Origin: Ascidiella aspersa
Lineage: Eukaryota
Assembly (NCBI GenBank): GCA_963924565.1
Contig: OZ004607.1
Location: 34,224,001-34,288,000, forward strand
Reading direction: 5' to 3'
DNA length: 64,000 bases
Positions within the stretch are counted from its first letter, which is position 1. Each line of letters starts with the position of its first letter. Positions 39,828 through 54,800 of this stretch are shown one piece after another. Made by a program: the position numbers and the translations under genes. Below the pieces are notes generated by a model that was not told the origin of the DNA, searched no databases, and was given only the letters and a program-made list of their open reading frames with translations.

Positions 39828-42800
39828 ATGTCGTACACGCCGTGGGATCAAATGGACGATTCGTCTGACGATTATATAGAGAAGTTGAAAGAGATGGGAT
39901 TCAACGAACAGCAAATACGAAAGGCTGTCAACGATACAGGTAACTGCAAAGCCACTGGCAATTTATTTCCGTTGCAGAGAAGCGAGTATTACGGTGACAT
40001 AGCTTTATGTGTGACTTCAGTGCGTTGTCTATATGTGCTTTGTTGTAGGCCCCTCAATAATAAGCTTCCTTGGCACTGTACTTTCGTTTTTGAACGATAT
40101 ACAGAAAGTCTTATGATTAGCTAGTTTAGCCGAGAAGCCTTGGCTTTTAAGTAGGGCAGCCTACGTACAAGGCATTCTCTGTTCTGTCAACATTGACTTT
40201 ACTATAGATCAATACATTCGAACCTGCCGCTTATGTGGAATCGGTTGTGTTGCTTTATTGTAGGGTTTCTACCAGATATGACAAACAATAAAATTAAATA
40301 TTCGTCATTGGATACATGTTTCACGAAAAGTTAGAATTTAGTACAGTACATGTTTCACTAAAGGCATTTATCAAGCTAAATACATAATCCTTGCATATGG
40401 CGTTCTGCAAAATCTGTTCGATACTTTGAAAGAGTAACTGAAGCTTTGTAATTAACCTCGTTTTGTATAAAAAACTTGGCTTACAAATCAACGATAAGAA
40501 TACTTGCAGAATTAAACTTCGCGTTAACCGTAAATGGTAATTAATGTATGAACCAGCGCCGCTGCGTTTTTAAGCAATAAAGTCTGCTTTGTCACTCAGG
40601 CAATAACAACAATTCGCTGCGCTTGCTATAATTATGAAGTTGTGGCCCTTCGCGGAAGTAACCAATGCGGCTCTTTATAGTCTCTTACTGGTTAGCCAAC
40701 CCTGTACTTCGCCTTAGTTTAACCGCCGTTATATCGCACATGTAACGAAGTTATTCGACGTCATATTACCTAACATTTTACTCAAATACTATTGCATATT
40801 TTCACAGGCGCTTCACCCTCCCAAGCATCCATGGAGCTTTTAACCGAGTATATGTTCAACAACCCTATCAGCAGTAAGTGTAAATGGGTACCACAAGGTC
40901 GATTCAATAAATGTCCACCACGTTTTCGCTTGCAGTGGTTGGTTTAAAATCAACCGTTGTGTTACGCAGGTAGTCAACCGAGCGGGTCTTACTACACACC
41001 CTCGTATGAATCGCACCAGGACGACTACTATGAACCAGAACATGATATTCCCCAATCTTCAAGCGCCTATTCGCAGCCTCAAGGTCAACGTAAGTTGTCT
41101 TATCGTATTTTGAAGCATCTTTGTGTAACATATAGGCTTTTCAACCGGTGGATCCTTTATTATAAGGATGCATATGTCAGTTACTTAACATTTATAAATA
41201 AAAAAGTTAAAAAAACAGATCACTTGCTTTTATAAAATATGATTATTTTCCCGTAATCTAACATTAATTATATAATTCGATTAGATTTTTTGTCGACAAA
41301 TTTGTATTTTATGTAACTTTCCGTATTATAACGATGCAGGTAGCCTACATTTTAACAGAGTGGTTTGAATCAGCGTAACATTTAGAATATAATTTGACAT
41401 GAAACATTTAAAAAACGCAGATGTCCCCTGTGGCATCATGTTCTAAGGCCACTAGTTTATAGTTTTAATTTGCCTTATGCTGTTTCAATACAGAACGCTC
41501 TGGACGTTATAGTGCTGTCCAAATTGTACGCCCTGGTCGGAATGGTTCGTTTGAAATGGACTCCAACGAGCTTGAACGGGTGTTTGGTCAAGTTGCTGAC
41601 GTACCAGTTGCTGTGTATTCCTTGGCTGGTGCATTCCGCAAAGGGAAGTCCTTCATGCTGAACCTGTTTCTTCGGTACCTGTGGTTCCAAAAGAAAGGAC
41701 AGGTTAGCCGCCAAAACTATAACTTCAGTTGTTACCGACCCTTACCTTCCCCAAACAATTAAAAATAGTTCACTGCCAAAACAGAGGCGTCCAAATGTCC
41801 ATAATAGAACAGCCACTTATGGTATAATAGATAGATCCGCTTTAGACACTGTATTGCTGTGTGCTCCCATTCAAATAAACTACGTATGTGTATGTGTTGC
41901 ATTAGCTTATACCAGTGCTACCCGACATTTTTTAGTTTGCGACCCACTTTTAATGCAAGTTTAATTGTGCGACCCACATGAGATTTGACGAAACGAATAA
42001 AATTACATAAAACCTGTATCTTCACTACTATCGTACCTACTGACATAGTCAATAGGACACAACACATCTAATTCTTACGGATTTGTGATATTGTTACATA
42101 AATGTTACATACTGATAATGCAATAGTTTCCCACTATAATAAAAAACTGTAACAATTAGAAATGCTTGTCAACCCAACTGAAATGGAAAACGATACCGGT
42201 ATGTTTATAAATTAATGGAGTGTTTCCACACGGCATACGAAGAGTTAGGTTGAACAAACGGCTAAACAAAACTGCCAGTTAACCTAGGAAGGCTTGGTCA
42301 GTTCTTTACAAATTATCAACTGTTTCCAAAGGTTTAAATTCCCAACAGGTTTAAAATGTCGGATCTTAAACAGGCCATCAAAAGTCTTCTTTTGAGCCAC
42401 TTTTCGTATAATTCTTGCATTGTCCCAAGCCTGAGTTAATAAGCTATACGAGAGTGTTCCCACGTTGATTATATTTTGAGAATTTTTCCATGTTAATTAT
42501 AATTGAACAGTGTTTTCATGGTCTTAATAGCATATACTGTGGTTACAGTCTAACAACTGGCTTTCCAACAAAAACGAGGAGGTGCGGAAAGGTTTTGGTT
42601 GGAGAGGCGGACATGATCGAGACACACAGGGAGTCTGGCTCTGGGATGAACCGTTTTTCATAAAAACACCGAGTGGCGAGGTAAGAAGGTACAGGCATGC
42701 TAAAAAGGCTCTAGTACCAACAAACTTGAATAAGTATTAACATAGATAACCATAATTATGTCAACTTGTTTATTATTTAACAATTCATTTGTAGCGACCC

Positions 42801-45800
42801 AACCAAAAACCTTTATACCAATATAATGAGGTCACTATTTTTCAAGTGGCATGTGTTGCAAGTCCCAAAATTGCCATTAATTGTACAGTAATTTAACGTT
42901 CTATTTTTAAGTAACAATTGACTGGTACTTAAGAAATTATAAGATTACTTATTTGAAACTCTGTGATATGTTGTGCTTTCAGGTTGCCTTGTTTCTGATG
43001 GATACACAAGGTTCGTTCGATCACAACACTCCGGTCCAAGGGTGCTCGGTCATTTTTGCTTTGAGCACAATGATAAGTTCCGTGCAAATCTACAACGTTA
43101 TGCAACAGATACAAGAAGATTCGCTTCAGCATTTGCAGGTAAAAAACAAAAGATAAAAATGATGAGACTATTTTTGTTTTAAATCGTATATCGCATAATA
43201 TTTTTAACTTTATTATTTCAGTTGTTCACCGATTACGGCAAAGCAGCATTCAAAACTCGCAAGCTTGAGGGAAAACCTTTCCAGGTAAGATCAAAGCTGT
43301 TTACTGTCTCAAATGCTTCTAAGATTCACAGGCTTATAACCAGGGTTACCATCTGCTAAAACCAAAAAATAAGCACGCTACTAATAACTCGGGGCAGATC
43401 CAGAATTTTTTAGATTGCATCCAAACATAAATAATCCTAATAACAATTGTCATTCTCAGCGTCAAAAAGAGCTTAATGGGGCGAAGCACAAAAAATGGTT
43501 TTATTTGGTTGAATTGGTAAAACTTTTAATATAAAAGAAAACATGTCGCCTTGATTTTACGCTATGAGCAAAGGATTACAATATAAAAGAAAGAAATATG
43601 CTACCATACATAAATTTCCTGTATATGACGCCACATGCTCTTACTGGGCAAAACAAAATTTAAAACTATTTCGGGAAAGACTAATTTACATCGTAGTATG
43701 ATCCTCTTTTGGGAAGATCATGTTCGGTCACTTGGTGTTTAATTAAATTTACTTACCTTATCTACAGAATTTGCTGTTTCTGGTTCGTGATTGGCCAGAC
43801 CCAGAAGTCTCTTTCGGCACGAAAGGCGGTAGAAGTGTTTTGAACAAGTTACTCACTTTGAAAATGAAACACAAAGACTTGGAATCGGTCCGGGAAAACT
43901 TAACGAATTCCTACGAGGACGTTTCCTGTTTTCTGATGCCCTATCCTGGACAGACAGTGGCCGTCAGGGGAAAAAGCCAGGGAAGTTCTCTGCGACTAAA
44001 AGGTAAACTATAAAATGAAATGCTATAAAAATGTACAGATGTGGCCATAGATGCGATTCTGAGTCTGACTCGGGACTTGACGGAGTCGTTTTGTTTTGCT
44101 GGAGTCAGAATCGTGACTCGAATAAGACTACGTAAAACTATCCGAGTCCAGAGTACGACGTGCGCATGCGCAGTACCTAATTTTAAAACTGTTATGGCCG
44201 GGAGAAATTCTGAATATACACCTTATTTAAGTTTCGTAAATTGGTGAAAGGCATGCTGTAGAGTCGGAGCCGGGCTCGGGACTCGACGAAATCGCACATT
44301 TAGCCGGACTCGGGGCTCCGGAGTCCAACTCGGTTTTATTTTATTGGCTGGATTTGGACTCGAGAATTGGACCCGGGTTATTTTTGACTGATCCGCAGTC
44401 CTGGATGTAGGTCATCCGTTTATACGAGTTTGAAAGTTGTAATTAATTTGCATATGTAAACCAATCATGCGATTACCGGAATCCAACCGTTATTATTTGT
44501 TTGCATGTTCCAACAAATATTGTAAATGAACGTTTTATCCTTACAGATGTTGATCCGAAGTTTTTGCACCACTTGGATGAGCTTGTTCAGCATCTGTTTT
44601 CACCCCAAACAATCGTCATCAAGAGATTCAATGGCAATATTGTCAACGGGAGAGATCTGATCAACTTTATGCTGGCTTACTTCGAGGTGTTTAAAAGTGG
44701 ATCGATGCCTAAAGTTGGCAATATTTTGCAGGTATACCGGGCCTTGGTTTAGAGTTCGCGCGTATATTTAAAGAAAATAGTCAAAACATAGGTAGTTTAA
44801 TGTAAAAAAATGGGATTTTATAAGAAGTGAGTCAAACCAGAGTAGGCCTAATTATTATTGTTGGTAAATAAACCAGGTGTATTATGATACGTTTTTTCCA
44901 CCGTTGAGAACCGCCAAACTTGGTTATGCCTACTCCGAACTTTAAAATCGGGAAGCTGTGAGTCGAAAATGTTTGCACATCAGTGGCGTGAAAAGAAAAA
45001 TAAAGTTGTGCTCGTTCTTTCGCTGTTTAAAGTTAACAATATGCGTTAAACTCACAAAATAAAGAAATCAAAAAAAAAAAAAAAAAAAAAAAGTTTTGGT
45101 AGCGTTTCTTGCCTAGCCATTGTTTAGACTTTTCTTGGTGAATTAAAGTAAGCGGTAATAAATCGACATCGGCGCCCACTCGCTGTACACCGTATCTCCT
45201 ACGCGATAATGCGCACTGACTATAGAGAAACCAAGCCCACACTGTTTTTTCTGTTTGCAGGCCAGCGCAAAAGCTGCCATGATCACCGTCATTCAACAAT
45301 GCAAGGAAACCTACGCGAAAGAAATGAGCAAGGTTGGTAAAGAGTCAAACCTATCTTTTAAACACCTAGGACTAAACTTACCAAATACCGCTTTGCCCTT
45401 GGCATATTACACATTTCCCAACCGATGCTCTGCGGTAACAAAAACAAGCTGAAACACTAAAATTACGGGTTGTCCAGATGCATTTCATTTCAGTTATGAT
45501 TTTTTTTTATTTCAGTTTTGTTTTTATGTTGCTTGGTGCAGGTTTTTGAGCAGGTTGGTTTCTTGGAAGGCCAAAAACTTTGTAAACGGCACGAAAACAA
45601 CATGCAACTGGCCTTGTCTCAATACGACGGTCTTCCCAAGCTCGGAGACGATTCATTTATTACCAAGTCCAGACGGAACTTGATCGATCTAATAAACCAG
45701 CAGTTTGCTGTCCACGAGCAAACTAACATCGCTCAAATGGTAAATTTTACGGCCGCGCTAAACTTAATGTTGAGCTTTTTTGACAATTATGGTCCCAAGT

Positions 45801-48800
45801 AGAATCAGCCGCTGAATTGTTATAGAACCGAAAGTTAAAAGTGTAATATGTAGAAGTTATATTCCTACGTAACCTCCAAGTATAAAGTGCTTACATATTT
45901 ATACAATTTTCTATTACTAGCTAACAATTTCAACACTTTAAATACTTTAATTCGAGTTGTCACAGAATAATTTTTTAACACGTTAATTTTAAACCGTGTC
46001 TTCATCCTTGTTTACAATGAATGGTATTTCAGGAAAGGATGAAAAATCAAGTTCGTGATGTTGTAGCAGAAGCCGAACAACAATATTTAACCAGCCTCGA
46101 AACTGTGAGTTTACTTCTGCAGTTGTACATTGTCAGTGTAATGAAACGATAAACGTCACAACTATCACTAATAAGAACTAAATCAATGGTTTCTCGAAAG
46201 GTTGCAAATAACACAATTTAAAATCCATTTACAACTATTCGTTTTAGTTTCAAACTGTCTTTTATTACACCCAAACACAGTAGCAAAGCTAAACCTAATT
46301 CCATCTTGGCGTTTTACAACACGGCATCCATAAAAGTTACGAGCTATTGTCAGTTTATAGCCTGCTTGTAGTTCGGGTTGTGTTCGGGTTGCACTTAGAG
46401 CCGTAACACAGACGTAAAAGCATGCGGTTGGATTCCATGTCGTTTTTTTTACAGCTGTAAGCATCGTTTCTTGCATGTTAACATGCCGATGAGATAAAAA
46501 GCGTTCAAACTTTAAATTTAAAAAGCTTGACTGGTTAACTTAATATGAAACCAGTTTGCCAATGGCGAATTCATGGATGGCGAGGAATTTCGCCGAGCGG
46601 ATGATGAGAGCCGTAAAGCCGCCTTGGCCTTGTACAAGCAAAACACTAGAGAATGTCCGCCAAAGTTCGTGAAGAAATACAAAGACAAGCTCGTCGAGCT
46701 TATGGAGCAAGCACTCAAGCGCTTCAGAGAGGGAAACAACCACAGAAGGGTAATATTGCCTTTTTCTATTCACGTCACGCGAAGTGTAAGCTGCATAGGG
46801 AATACCCATTAGCGTGCAGCGGGTTTTGTCATTGCACCTTTCTTGCGAAAACAAGTACAGTATTATTCTCGCCAGGAAGAGGTTCATTTAAATATAATTT
46901 TTTTTGTGTTACCTGATATGACTGAAAATAAATCTTTCAGTTCCACAATAAGGATAGGAAAAAACATTTTAATACAATTTCATTCTATGCAAATTCGGTT
47001 AATCTTATACTCCAGTGCTTCTAGTGCTGCACATGTTTGTACTTTTTATGATGTCACGTTTTAAAGTAATTTTCTGATATCGTGTTAAAAGTCATTCCTC
47101 CCCCCCAAAAATGCCCTTAATATAATCTATAACGGTGGTTCTCAACCGCCGGTCCGCGGAGCTTTTTAGTTGCATACTTTTGTCATATTTGCATTTTGGG
47201 TTGATTTTGATATTTGAAGGTCAACCGATCCGCAAAATTTGTTTTGAAATTGTACCGGTCCGTAAGATAAAAAAGGTTGAGAACCACTGATCTATAATGA
47301 CGTTTAAAATATTTTAATCTAAAGCATATAAAGCAATATACATACCGTTTTAAACATCTTCAATGCCATTAAATGACCCGTAAGCTAATATTTTTTTTGT
47401 TATGTAGGACGAGTTGCGACGTGGGATCGAGAGTCAAAAGTTTGCGGCCCTCGATGCTTACGCAAAAGGAATGGACGAGGTAACAGATATTCGCGTGTTT
47501 CACTTCTGTTGCTGAAACATATAGGCTAAATTGCTTCAAAACTTGAACTTTGTGTGTTTATATCGAACTTTTTCTTCTGCTATAGTACGGTGGAAACATA
47601 GCCAAATATACATTATAGAGAGAAAATTTGTCTTTTGCCACAAAGACGTGATATATAAGTTACAAGTAGGACAAATAGGCTACAACTATAAACAATATTA
47701 TGGAGACTCTGCTATCAAACAACAAGGACTATTTTATTTCTCAACACGCCCCAAACTAACACAAACCATTTGTTAACAAGCAATAACACATTTCTTAACA
47801 GCGGTAACCAGCACAGAGTCCTTTCTTAACCGGATTTAAACCATCTTTTGGCATGCAGTAATTTATTCCCCAGCGGCACTAAAGTATTTTGTAAAAAACA
47901 ACAAAGCACACCTTATTTAGCACCAACTATTTCGTAATAAGAAAAAAAATCATTCCTTTCGTTGCAGCAATGCAGGGACACTTTCCTGGAAGATCACGAT
48001 TTCGAAAATGCTCACGAAACATCGCAGAGAAACGCGCTGGAAATTTTTGATTCCTCCGAAGTCGGAAGAGGAACTGATCTTAGAAACGAAGAGCGGGAAA
48101 GACTTCTAAGGAAAATCGGGGAAGAACAAAGGAAGATGAAACAGACCAACGACATTAACAAAGTGATTTATATAAATACTTTTCTACTTGAAATACCAAG
48201 CTCTGTGTTTTTTGATTAACCTTATTATATTTACCTTGCGATTGGAGATACATTTCATCGTCACTGTTGCTTATGCTTGGTTAATCGTTTTTGCCTTTCT
48301 ACTTTAAAATACATTTTCCTAATCAACAATTGTCTTGTGTTTTGCAGAAACTAGCGCATGCCAAGACACTTGAAGCAATGAACCAGGCTAAGAACTTATA
48401 CAATACTGCAATGCAAGATGTAAGTATAGGCCTGACCTATAGGCTGCAGGTAGTGGGCTACAGAACTATTACACTAGCCTCGGTATTGTTAAAATCAGTT
48501 CTATTTACCAGGGTATACTGAAACAGTTTCGCACAGGGAAAACAGTGCTTTGCGACCGTTTTTCGGTGGTGTACCTTTAATAACTTATTAAAAACTTCGT
48601 ATAGGTTCACCTCACTACTTTGCACCCAAAGTAGAAAAAAACTAATATAAAACCATGTTAATTGGTAATACATCTGGCCACAAAACGAAGGAACCGGAGT
48701 AGTTGCTAGTAGTAAAAAAATGCAGCACAGATCACGTAAATGAAAAGAAAATAACACAGGTATGACATGCACACATACTGACCTAATCCATATAGGCCAG

Positions 48801-51800
48801 GGGTGTCCAACTCAAACATGCCGGCGTGCCAGTTTTTTATCTTATAACTTCTTCCCGTGCCGAAGTTTAATAAATAATTTAGAATATTGAAAGCGATTTT
48901 TTTAAGTAATAAAAACGTTTATTTGCACATAAAAAACATTTCTTTATTTAATCAAGCAAACCATTCATATTTAACTAAAAGCTTAGGTAGGCTAACTATG
49001 TAAAGGCTAGCCTCCACTACAGTATAATGTTATAATATCAGTTACAAGTAATTGTTAGTTGTCGAAATTGTTTAATATTGTGAATAAACAATAACCATTG
49101 GCTGTATAACAAATTAAGCATGTTTTGACAATTTGCTGGATAAGAAATTAAGTATTTTAAATTGGCTGGGGCTTGTGTGCCATTTTTTATTAGGTCGCGT
49201 GCCACATGTTGGAAACCCCTAACATAGGCCCACCCTTCGTATACCTCTTATCAGTTGTGCATCCTGGCTTTGATTCGGTTTTACACCCGAATATACAGTA
49301 TAGGCTACCCGGCACTGATATACACTACCGTACACTAAGAGCACATCAAACCGTTGCTAATATTTTTTATAGGCCGGCATTTCTGAGTACACAGAAGAAT
49401 CTCGTCTCAAAGAAGCACATCGTGAAGGCAAAAAACAAGCCCAAGCAATCATCATGTCATTAGCGCAAGACAACCAGGCTTTGGCTGAACATTGCCGCTC
49501 ACAACTGGACGAATTTCTCGACAACGAATTCGACATGATCAAGCGTAGAAACGAAAACTTGGGGGTAGGCTAACTCACGGCGGCCGGACGGTTACTTTTC
49601 AAAAGAATTCCTAAGTTTTGGAGCATAATGGTTGGAGGTTGTAGTAAGACGTAATAAGAATATCAAAGCCCATACAGAAGTAGGTATCATTTTAAACGTT
49701 TCGAATAACTCTTTATTCATTTTCAACATAGAGAGAAGGCACTGATGGTAAGTGTATATATAATGCTAAGGCAGACGTCAGAAAGAAGGAAACGTGGAGA
49801 GATACACTATCTAAAACTCCTAATTAGTTGTATTATACAACAACTTGTATACCCAGAAAGGATGTAGCTGTGCATTTTTAGCCAGGTTTATTTTTGTAAG
49901 CACTTTAATTTGGTGATTTTTCGTGGTTATAAAATGCAGGGATGTTTAGTAAAGGTAATAGATAACGGAGGCTGGTTTCTCATAAAGCATGTTCCCATCC
50001 CTCGTTAAAAATCCCTTACAACGCTAAAATTCGTACCGACAGATTGGCAGACAAACCTTGATAGATAGAAAAACATACATAAAAATATTTCGCTAAATCT
50101 ATCCTTATTCTTTACTAGAATCATTTTAGATTTGAACTTCAGCCATTTTTAGATTTGAATTAAAATTACCAGAGGAGCTGTTTTTGTATTTGTATTACTA
50201 TGCCTGGTAGCAACAGTTTACATATTAAACTTAAGAATTACAATTACCACAAGTCCCCAACTTTTAAAAACTTTTTACGAATTTCCTTGAACTTAATTTC
50301 CCATTGTTACGTCAGAAAAGCAAAATACAATTTTTAAACAGAAGGCAAGACACTTTTGTCCAGTTTGTTATGCGTGTTTAAATTCGAGACGCTGGTCTGG
50401 AATCCTACCACAACAAGCTCAACTATTTGGGTTACGATGCGCGTTTGGGTTTGGGTGGGTTAAGCAATATTATTAATAATAAATTTCAAAGAATTAGAAA
50501 AAAAATAATAATAATTCAAAGAATTAGAAAACTAGAATTATCTAGTTGTCCAAGTCTGCCTAATACCCAATCGCTAACCCAAATAATGTGCGTTACTTTG
50601 AAAATTGTTTTAACGGTGTGGCAGGATTCTAGACCTGCGCCAAATTCGATTCCTATTGACCCTGGTTTAGGTTTAACAGACTTAAACTTAGCGTCGTGAC
50701 ATTTTTTACAGAAACTGAAAACACCAATAAAATAATTTCAAAAATGTGGGTCACCTTCTAGTTATTAAATTCACTTTCTAATTCGTTTATTTTGTTTTAC
50801 AGCAAAAGGCACGAAATGGATTTGAGAAAGCAAAGAACAACGCCTACATATTCTACCAACGAGGAATCGACGAGGTAACTTAACTAAAAAGAGGCAGACT
50901 ATGTGATAGAAATCTTCTAGTACAGCTTACTTTTATTCCAGTACAACTTACTTTTTTATATTTTTCAAGTTAGCATTACGATTAACGATCAGTGATCAAT
51001 AAATCTTTAAAAAAAAGAGTATCCTATTGACTTTTTTCGCGGGCTTGAATTACGCAACATGTTATAATGTACTTTGATAAAAAAGTAAATTTGAACTTTA
51101 ATTAAAGATCCAATATATAATGATGTTAAGTGCAAGTGAACCACAGTACAGTGTTTGATGAATGGTTATACATATAATGGTAACCAATGTAAATTATTGT
51201 ACAACTTTGACAAAAACAACTGCAATTTGTATTTCATATCTCAAGGAAAGTTTTTCCTGATTGGTCCACAACCTAAAAAAATTATCTTTTTTACTTGTAA
51301 AACTAAATCAGAGCTACAGCTAGATTTGTCAAATTATCTGTTTTGATTATTATTTTTTTTTGCTTTAAACAGCTACGTCCAGAAAGTTAAATCTTCCAAC
51401 AAACTGCAAAATCCCTTTTTCCACGTTTTTTACAAGATGCATGAGAAATAACTCAATTTTCTAATAACTTGTGAATTTAGTTTATGTTTGTTAGAGGTAT
51501 GCTTTCAAAAATCAAACTACAAGAAAAAGGGTGACACAGCCCTATTTTGTAAATAACATTTCCAAAGACAAGATGTTTTGATAATAGCTTATCTAGGAAA
51601 CAATAAACTACTGCTAAGTTTGCAAGCGTAAAGAAAAATAACCTACAAAAACATATATTTGAATTTATTTATTTTCCAAATATATTTTCTATCTTTATAT
51701 GAAAACGAATAATAACAAACAGTAATCTCATAAACAGAGGCAAGTGAATTTAAAAAAAACAAAGCAAAGGTGAATTTTAAACAATGCTTTTCATTTATTT

Positions 51801-54800
51801 ATGTAAGTTGGTCTTACCACATAAACAAAAAAATATTGAATAGAAATCTATGAAATAAAAAATCTACCATTTACTAATATATGTTAGCTTTAGGTGTTAT
51901 AGGTTTTCCCAAATTTCCTTGTCATCTTTCCAAACAATTTTCCAACGACTAGGTTGTTCACAGTCATCACCTTTGGATTCAGAACAGATTCTGTTAAAAG
52001 TATGGTCCCTGTTAAAGCACATGATTTCACGCTCTTCCTGGATCCTAAAAGAGAATGTCGATTCTTTTGTGCCCATAAAATAGCGTGCATGTGAGCAAAT
52101 TATTTGGTCTATAATAGCAACACCGCCCATTTTATATTGTTTCATTTGCTTTTTGCTAGGTGTAAACATAACCATCTCAGGTAGTAAGCTTTTCAGATCA
52201 TCCATTTCTTCTTCAGTACCATCAGATGCGATGAACACCTTGTCAACTTGAAATTCAGCCATCTTCTTCTTAAGATGATCGGCAACTGTCTTTAAGGATG
52301 GCACGTATTCTTTTCTTGCATAGAGGAAATCTTTTCTTCTTAAATGTGCAGCGATGTATGGGCCCCCCAAAGCAGTTACCCCCTCGCAGGAGTGGTCTTT
52401 CCAATTCGGCGGGATGACAGTCTTGTCTTTCATGTCATCAGAGTCCAAAAATTCTTTGCGAAATTGATTGGCCTCATTTATCAACATATCAGAAAAGATC
52501 ATACTTCTCCGACAGTCCCAGTAGTTTTTGCCGCCGAACATGTCATGAAGCATGTTTTCTGCACGATCTAACATGATGGACTTTGCAGTTGTGTTTGTCC
52601 CGCACAGAGGTTTAATAAAGATGTCAGATTGGCCCTGCACAGAGACGCACTTAAACGAGTGGGCATATGTTTCTTCATAACCCCAGAACCAGCCCCTGAT
52701 TGTGTTGGTGTCCTCGTCAGTTTCGTAAACAGGTGGTTCTAGGCACTCGCGCTGGTGCATTTTTTCAACCCACTCTCCCGACGTCCAACCTTCAGCGTAG
52801 TTTTGCAAATACCACACTTCGTCGATAGCTGGTTCACCAATTTCCTCGACATAATCACTGTACTCCAAAACTGGAACATGAAGGCCTAAACTTTTTATAT
52901 TGAAAAATTTTGACCATGGGATTTTGCTCTGTTCCATATCACTTTCTTTCCAATGATACCCAATTCTACCCCAAGGTGGTAGAACTAAAGTCCAGTCGTA
53001 TTTTTTACAATCGTCACTTTCTCTCATTGCCTTCACAAGATTGGCAACTCTCATGTAGACATCTCTCCTAAGGTTAAAGCCCTCACCTGGATTGCAGTCG
53101 TACAGCAAATAGCGCTTCTGCTTTTCAGCCGCTGTACTCAGACAAATGAAAAGTGACAGTGATATGAATTTCAGAAACATCCTCATTGGTCCTAAATATA
53201 TATAAAAAATTATTAATTTATACAAATACTTTAAAATCATAGTTCTTGATTTTTTAAAGATACAACATCAAAGAACTGAATGACTTGAATAATACATTTT
53301 ATCATAATAATAAACTGTGACCTACAAGTTTTTAATATTAAAACAACACAAAATCCATAATAGATTTAATTAGAAGGTTATTTTTAAGTTTAACATTTAG
53401 TTTTTTTTTTAAAACCATATTTTAAGATGTGAAATTATGTTTGTTTGAACATCTGAATCTGAGGTTTAAAAAATTCAAATTTTTTTTTAAATTAAAATGG
53501 TGCACACAAATAAATAAAAGATGTGATTGAGCACTGGCTTAATAAAATTGTGATTTTACACCTGTCTTAAAACATGGACTGGACTGTATACCTGAAAAGA
53601 GTGAACCATACCCTAGGTTCTGAACTCTACAACAATTCAAACTTAAAAATTAAGTAGTGCAACTTACTAATTCAGGTTTGCGCACAGATTTTTCATAAAG
53701 TCTTAGGTGTGCACTTTTTTATACTTGATACAATAAAGGTCTCAACTTAATTTTAAGTTAATTTACTGTTCAGCAGAGCTACTGCATTTAATTGCTATAA
53801 CTTACTGTGAAGCACAACTATATCAATGACAGAAAATAATTTAACCTTTCTCAAATAATTTCACTATTGTAGCCTGTTAAAGTTTTTACTGCCGCAGGGC
53901 ACAACATAAAAAATCGGGCAGCCATTGACTGAATTGCACGGCTTTTGTGAGGGCCACGTGAAAAACTGTAAGCCCGAGGGCAAAAGCTGTTAAAACATGA
54001 CGTGGCAACACAAAACATTTGATACATCACCTTCTTATCCCAGCAGATAAAGTTACATTTTTGTTTTTGAATTCACTAAAACGTGCTGATTAGGCTTGTA
54101 AACTTTCGCCGTGGCAAATACTGAACTGACTTTATTTACTTATTTTTAAATTAAAAGTTCTGCTGTGCCTCCATTTTATGTCTGTTTAAAAACAGAAAAA
54201 CTAACGTTACCAGCATTTTGGTAGGGAGCTAACTTTAAAAACATATCACATGTTTAATTAAAAAATTATTTAATTCCAAAACAATCTAGCAATATACGAA
54301 TCAAGTTTAAAATAACTATACGAACGTTAAAAGTCGTACCAATCGGTAACAACCATAAACCGGTGCATAATACATTTCTATACTAAATAACACGTTATTT
54401 GTGTGAAGTAGTGACAATTTAAATTGATAGGTAGACAAGTGAATCATGTTTTAACTAGTACAACATGTACATCGGGGTCTTAGAAGGCAAGAAAGTTATT
54501 TCGTTCTGGTTCTTAATTTGAAGGATTTGCTCAGGCATGACCACTACGTCTGTTGGTCATGCAAGACTGAACTTGTGTGTACACAAAGTCTGGCGATAGC
54601 TGTGTGTTGGTCAAAAAAAATTGGCGACAATAAACACCCGATCCGTTAGAAATCAGTGCATTTCTAAGCAAAAAGGTCTACGACAATCAGGGCATCCAAT
54701 GGCAGAAAAGTCTAGACTTTGAGGTCCTGGCAATGCACTGATTTGGACCTTAAGGTAAACTCCCGGCGGAGATAAATGAAAAATATTCATTAAAAGTTCA

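Noticed and set aside
53187-53240. N-terminal extension [18 protein letters not shown] of the 447-aa ORF
   Set aside because: It is AT-rich intron sequence ending in a splice acceptor; the signal peptide starts at the Met at 53186.
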